From Promethearchaeota archaeon (GTDB lineage: Archaea; Asgardarchaeota; Lokiarchaeia; Sigyniarchaeales; SOKP01): a stretch of DNA of 64,000 nt. Position 1 is the first letter of the stretch. Each line of letters starts with the position of its first letter. The DNA is taken from positions 1-64,000 of the forward strand of contig JAUVNS010000003.1 in NCBI GenBank assembly GCA_030599585.1, written 5' to 3'. The notes beneath the pieces are model-generated. The model had not been told where the DNA came from, ran no database searches, and saw only the letters and a program-made list of their open reading frames with translations. Positions 60,908 to 64,000 of the stretch are shown here, in pieces. Both the position numbers and the translations under genes were made by a program.

Positions 60908-62479
60908 TTAGGCATTTTTTTCTAAAAACTGTACAAATTTGAACTGTTGGGCACTATCCATATATTTTAGTTCTTCTACTAACTTATTATAATATTTTGG
61001 CTTAAGATTTGGAAGCTTACGAATTCGTTCTATTAATTTATGAGGAATTTCTTCATATAATCCTTTTAACGCTTCAAGATACTTTAATTGTTCTTCCTCG
61101 GCAATGAAGGCTAATTCTTTTATAATATTTTTGCGTTCCTTTTTTGGGATATCAAGGTCTAATATTTGCTTTCTCAAATCTTTAGAGATTATATTAAATA
61201 TTTTGGAGAAATATTCTTTAACAATTTTCTTATCCTTCTCATTTTTAACTGGTAATAGAGATTCGTGAAGTCGTAATACAGAAAGGTCCTCTTTTTTCTC
61301 TTTTGTTTTTTCAATATCCGGTGTTTCAGTCTCAACTTCTTCTTTCTTTATTTCAGTAGTAGATTTGATTTCCTCGGGGATAACTTTTAATTGTACCTTC
61401 TCAGGCTCCACTTTTACAGTTTCCTCTTGGGGAATGATCTCTTCTTCAATTTGTTGAAGCTTCTCTTCTTTTTCTAAAGAATCTTTTTCTTTGCTATATT
61501 GTATTTTTTGAAAGGGCTCGATTTTTGGTTGAATTACTCTCATTTCTCTCTTGATAACGGAATCTATAGGTTTCCCTATGAATAATAGAAGTAATATCAG
61601 CGATTTTATTAAAATAAATATACCAATGCTAAGAAAAGCAGTGGATATTGCCCCCATTATAAATATTCCGATCACATAAGCTCCTGAAAACTCCTTCTTA
61701 TTATGAGTTTTTGCCTTTAAAGCTAAATCGATTATTAAAATGATGATAGGTATAATAATAAAAGAAAGATTTAATAAAATCATAAAGAGATTGTTGAAAA
61801 GATATGATAAAAAACCACCAGTAATCAGATTATTTAAAAGTAATAAAATAAGAACAAATCCCGCTTTCGCTGAAAAATAATTTATCGAGTTTTTTAGTTT
61901 GAGACCATAGCTGTAAAATTTATGATCTCCTCCTTTATGATATGCAATCGAATGAGTTAGAATCAAAACTCCTTTAATTAATAAAATGACACCGGATCCG
62001 TAAAAAATGCACCCTAATATTCCATAACAGATTGCATCTAGGGCAATTTCATCGTAGTTTTTTGACTGAACTCTTGGTGATATGTAACTTAGGTCGTAAA
62101 TTAATACTAATACGCTACCTAAAACGAGTAGGTAAGAATTAATTACATTAACAATACCCCCAGAAATGGGAAAATAAAAAAAACTCAAAACTAATATCGC
62201 AAACGCATAAAGGATTATAGGGATGTAATCAATTTTGTTCAAGAATTCTATTGCTTTTTCTAAATTAGTTTTATCCTTATTGCTCATCCCATATTTAGGA
62301 TGTTGCCGAATTTCGTTTGTTTGTCGCCTCGTTGGATGTTGCTTAAAGTTCACTCCCGATAAAGAAAAAGGTGTTCCACACATTTCGCAATAAACTTGAG
62401 TTCTACCATCGATCAGTTTAGATAATTCTTTTGGAAACACATAAGAACAAGTACGACAAATATACAGTTTTTCCGACAT
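60908..62479 (-). CDS. Membrane protein with N-terminal Zn ribbon, acidic linker and C-terminal helical repeats
   Basis: CRTC...CEMCG; hydrophobic core; Glu/Lys-rich linker; two EL-x7-Q-x-K repeats. Confidence 0.65.
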   Translation of the reverse strand: MSEKLYICRTCSYVFPKELSKLIDGRTQVYCEMCGTPFSLSGVNFKQHPTRRQTNEIRQHPKYGMSNKDKTNLEKAIEFLNKIDYIPIILYAFAILVLSFFYFPISGGIVNVINSYLLVLGSVLVLIYDLSYISPRVQSKNYDEIALDAICYGILGCIFYGSGVILLIKGVLILTHSIAYHKGGDHKFYSYGLKLKNSINYFSAKAGFVLILLLLNNLITGGFLSYLFNNLFMILLNLSFIIIPIIILIIDLALKAKTHNKKEFSGAYVIGIFIMGAISTAFLSIGIFILIKSLILLLLFIGKPIDSVIKREMRVIQPKIEPFQKIQYSKEKDSLEKEEKLQQIEEEIIPQEETVKVEPEKVQLKVIPEEIKSTTEIKKEEVETETPDIEKTKEKKEDLSVLRLHESLLPVKNEKDKKIVKEYFSKIFNIISKDLRKQILDLDIPKKERKNIIKELAFIAEEEQLKYLEALKGLYEEIPHKLIERIRKLPNLKPKYYNKLVEELKYMDSAQQFKFVQFLEKNA

Positions 62480-62792
62480 TAAAGCCTCACACTTATATAT
62501 TAATTATTTTATTTAATTTTTTTAATTTTGGTTTACACGTTTTTTATGATAGATTTTTGGAGGAAAAAATATTCTACGAGAATTGATTTGCTTAAAATGA
62601 TTTTAAATTTTAACCTAATACCACTAAATCCGATCATTTACTTACAACTACAAAAATATGCGTAAATTCTTTTTAAATATGAATAGTTAAATAAAAGAAT
62701 GAGAGGCGAGAATATAAAAAAAATGGAGTCCAATTTTTCCCAAAGAATTAAAATTTAATAATTTCACCAAATTTGCGTATTCGGACTTAAGC

Positions 62793-63317
62793 CTAAGTAA
62801 TGAGTTTACTCCAATTTAAGGTCGTTATAGTATCATTCAGGTCGTGATGATCTTCAGTCGTATGAAATTCCAGGTTAGTAAATAACTGGTAAGCTTGCTT
62901 GCGAGATGCCTTATATTGGGCAATTTCATCATTTTTTCCATGAAAAATGATAGTCCGGATGTTTAACGGTGAGATATTATCTATTTGAAGCATGGGAGAA
63001 GCTAAAAAGGGAGCCAATAATATTAAACGCTCAATGTTTTGAGAATTTCGAAGGGCATAAAGCGTAGCCATCAATCCTCCGAAACTTGAACCGATAATTG
63101 TCCATGATTTCCTTTGCTTAAGAATTAAATCCAATTGTCCCATTCTCTTTTTAAGGAGATTTTCAAGTGTTACACCACTTTTAAATTTTATAAAATCAGG
63201 TGTGAGAATATCTGGGAATAAATTCTTTAGGTAGTTTCCTTTAAATCCCATACCTGAGCTTTCAAGACCGTGGATAAAAATAATATTTTTCATTGTAAAT
63301 ATTTCTGAGTTATCCAT
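62793..63317 (-). CDS. Alpha/beta hydrolase (YqiA-like esterase)
   Basis: FIHGLES, GSSFGG nucleophile elbow, HGKNDE, catalytic His in DHHDL. Confidence 0.88.
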   Translation of the reverse strand: MDNSEIFTMKNIIFIHGLESSGMGFKGNYLKNLFPDILTPDFIKFKSGVTLENLLKKRMGQLDLILKQRKSWTIIGSSFGGLMATLYALRNSQNIERLILLAPFLASPMLQIDNISPLNIRTIIFHGKNDEIAQYKASRKQAYQLFTNLEFHTTEDHHDLNDTITTLNWSKLIT

Positions 63318-63319
63318 TA

Positions 63320-64000
63320 TTATTCAATATCAAAATCATCTGGACTTACAGGATTGAGTTCTTTATTCAATTCTTTCATCAATTTTTTCTGACCAAAATA
63401 AAAGAATAGAAAAAAGATACAAAAATACGCGGTAATCAGGATTAGTGTAAAGAAATAGTATTCTCTTGTGAACGAGACAAAATGGAGAGCGATACCAATA
63501 ATGAAACCCGTGAACAACCGAGATTCCGTTGTACTTGTCCTAAATAACAATTTTTGAGTTCCCCAATCAATTAAACCTGGTATAGGGAATATAATTATAA
63601 TTATAAACGCTAATTCGGAGCTAAATTGAGGGTTCACGATCAGTTGAAAGAGATGAGTAAAAAAGACTGATATTATCATTCCAATGATCATTCCGGAGCA
63701 TCTCGAGCAAAAATAGATTTTAGTTCGTCCAAATTGAAAATAAAAGGTGTGATCGCTAGCAGAAACTGGATGATGGGTTAACAGCATGTAATAAAGGTGT
63801 TGTTCTTTCGAAGCGAAAATCTTGTCAAAGATGATTAATAGAATTGGGACCGATATAATAACTGAAGTAAGGGTTTGAAAGAAAAATTTAAGTCCAAAGT
63901 TAGAAAACAACTCTGGTAATGGTAGGACACTGGGATGAAATAACATAGTAGCCGTTACTACTAACATAGTAGCTATTAAAGAATTGATAACCAAAATTAC
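63320..64000 (-). CDS. DUF2085-like membrane protein, 5' end outside window
   Basis: HH...DHTF...FCSRCSG, LIDWGTQ, RLFTG motifs; multiple TM segments. Confidence 0.7.
   Translation of the reverse strand, partial: VILVINSLIATMLVVTATMLFHPSVLPLPELFSNFGLKFFFQTLTSVIISVPILLIIFDKIFASKEQHLYYMLLTHHPVSASDHTFYFQFGRTKIYFCSRCSGMIIGMIISVFFTHLFQLIVNPQFSSELAFIIIIIFPIPGLIDWGTQKLLFRTSTTESRLFTGFIIGIALHFVSFTREYYFFTLILITAYFCIFFLFFYFGQKKLMKELNKELNPVSPDDFDIE

Noticed and set aside
62723-62758. Tiny ORF MESNFSQRIKI after a GAGGCGAG motif
   Set aside because: Only 11 codons and the SD spacing is poor; indistinguishable from chance
1-64000. tRNA, rRNA or IS elements
   Set aside because: No GC-rich cloverleaf or rRNA-like segment and no transposase motif seen by eye; tRNAscan-SE, Infernal and ISEScan would be needed to exclude them formally

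Overview
AT-rich (roughly 30% GC by eye) archaeal chromosome segment, most likely an Asgard archaeon of the Lokiarchaeia type. This is inferred from the split rpoA1/rpoA2, an archaeal histone, three Rab/Arf-like small GTPases, a longin-like protein, an STT3/AglB with eukaryote-like motifs and an EF-2 lacking the HRG diphthamide motif. It is mostly core information-processing genes: rpoA1-rpoA2-rpl30e-nusA-rps12-rps7, rpl44e-rps27e, TFS, RPA3, PCNA-priL-priS-GINS, aIF2alpha-nop10, EF-1A, rpoL/csl4, eno, rfcS, truA, aglB, uvrB-uvrA, aIF5B, CCA enzyme, EF-2 and taw1. I saw no rRNA, tRNA, CRISPR array or transposase. Most unusual observations: (1) a winged-HTH + ATP-cone + catalytically stripped class III RNR protein that looks like a (d)NTP-sensing transcription factor; (2) several genes whose conserved N-termini are best or only reached from ATA codons; (3) two tandem half-CDC48 (N-D1 only) paralogs with altered catalytic motifs and a gene-conversion-like tract; (4) two paralogous 7-TM proteins bracketing a Rab-like GTPase; (5) two 23-codon micro-ORFs with ribosome-binding sites upstream of EF-2; (6) extra domains on RpoA1, RpoL, Taw1 and AglB. 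All calls come from motif recognition by eye; no database searches were run.
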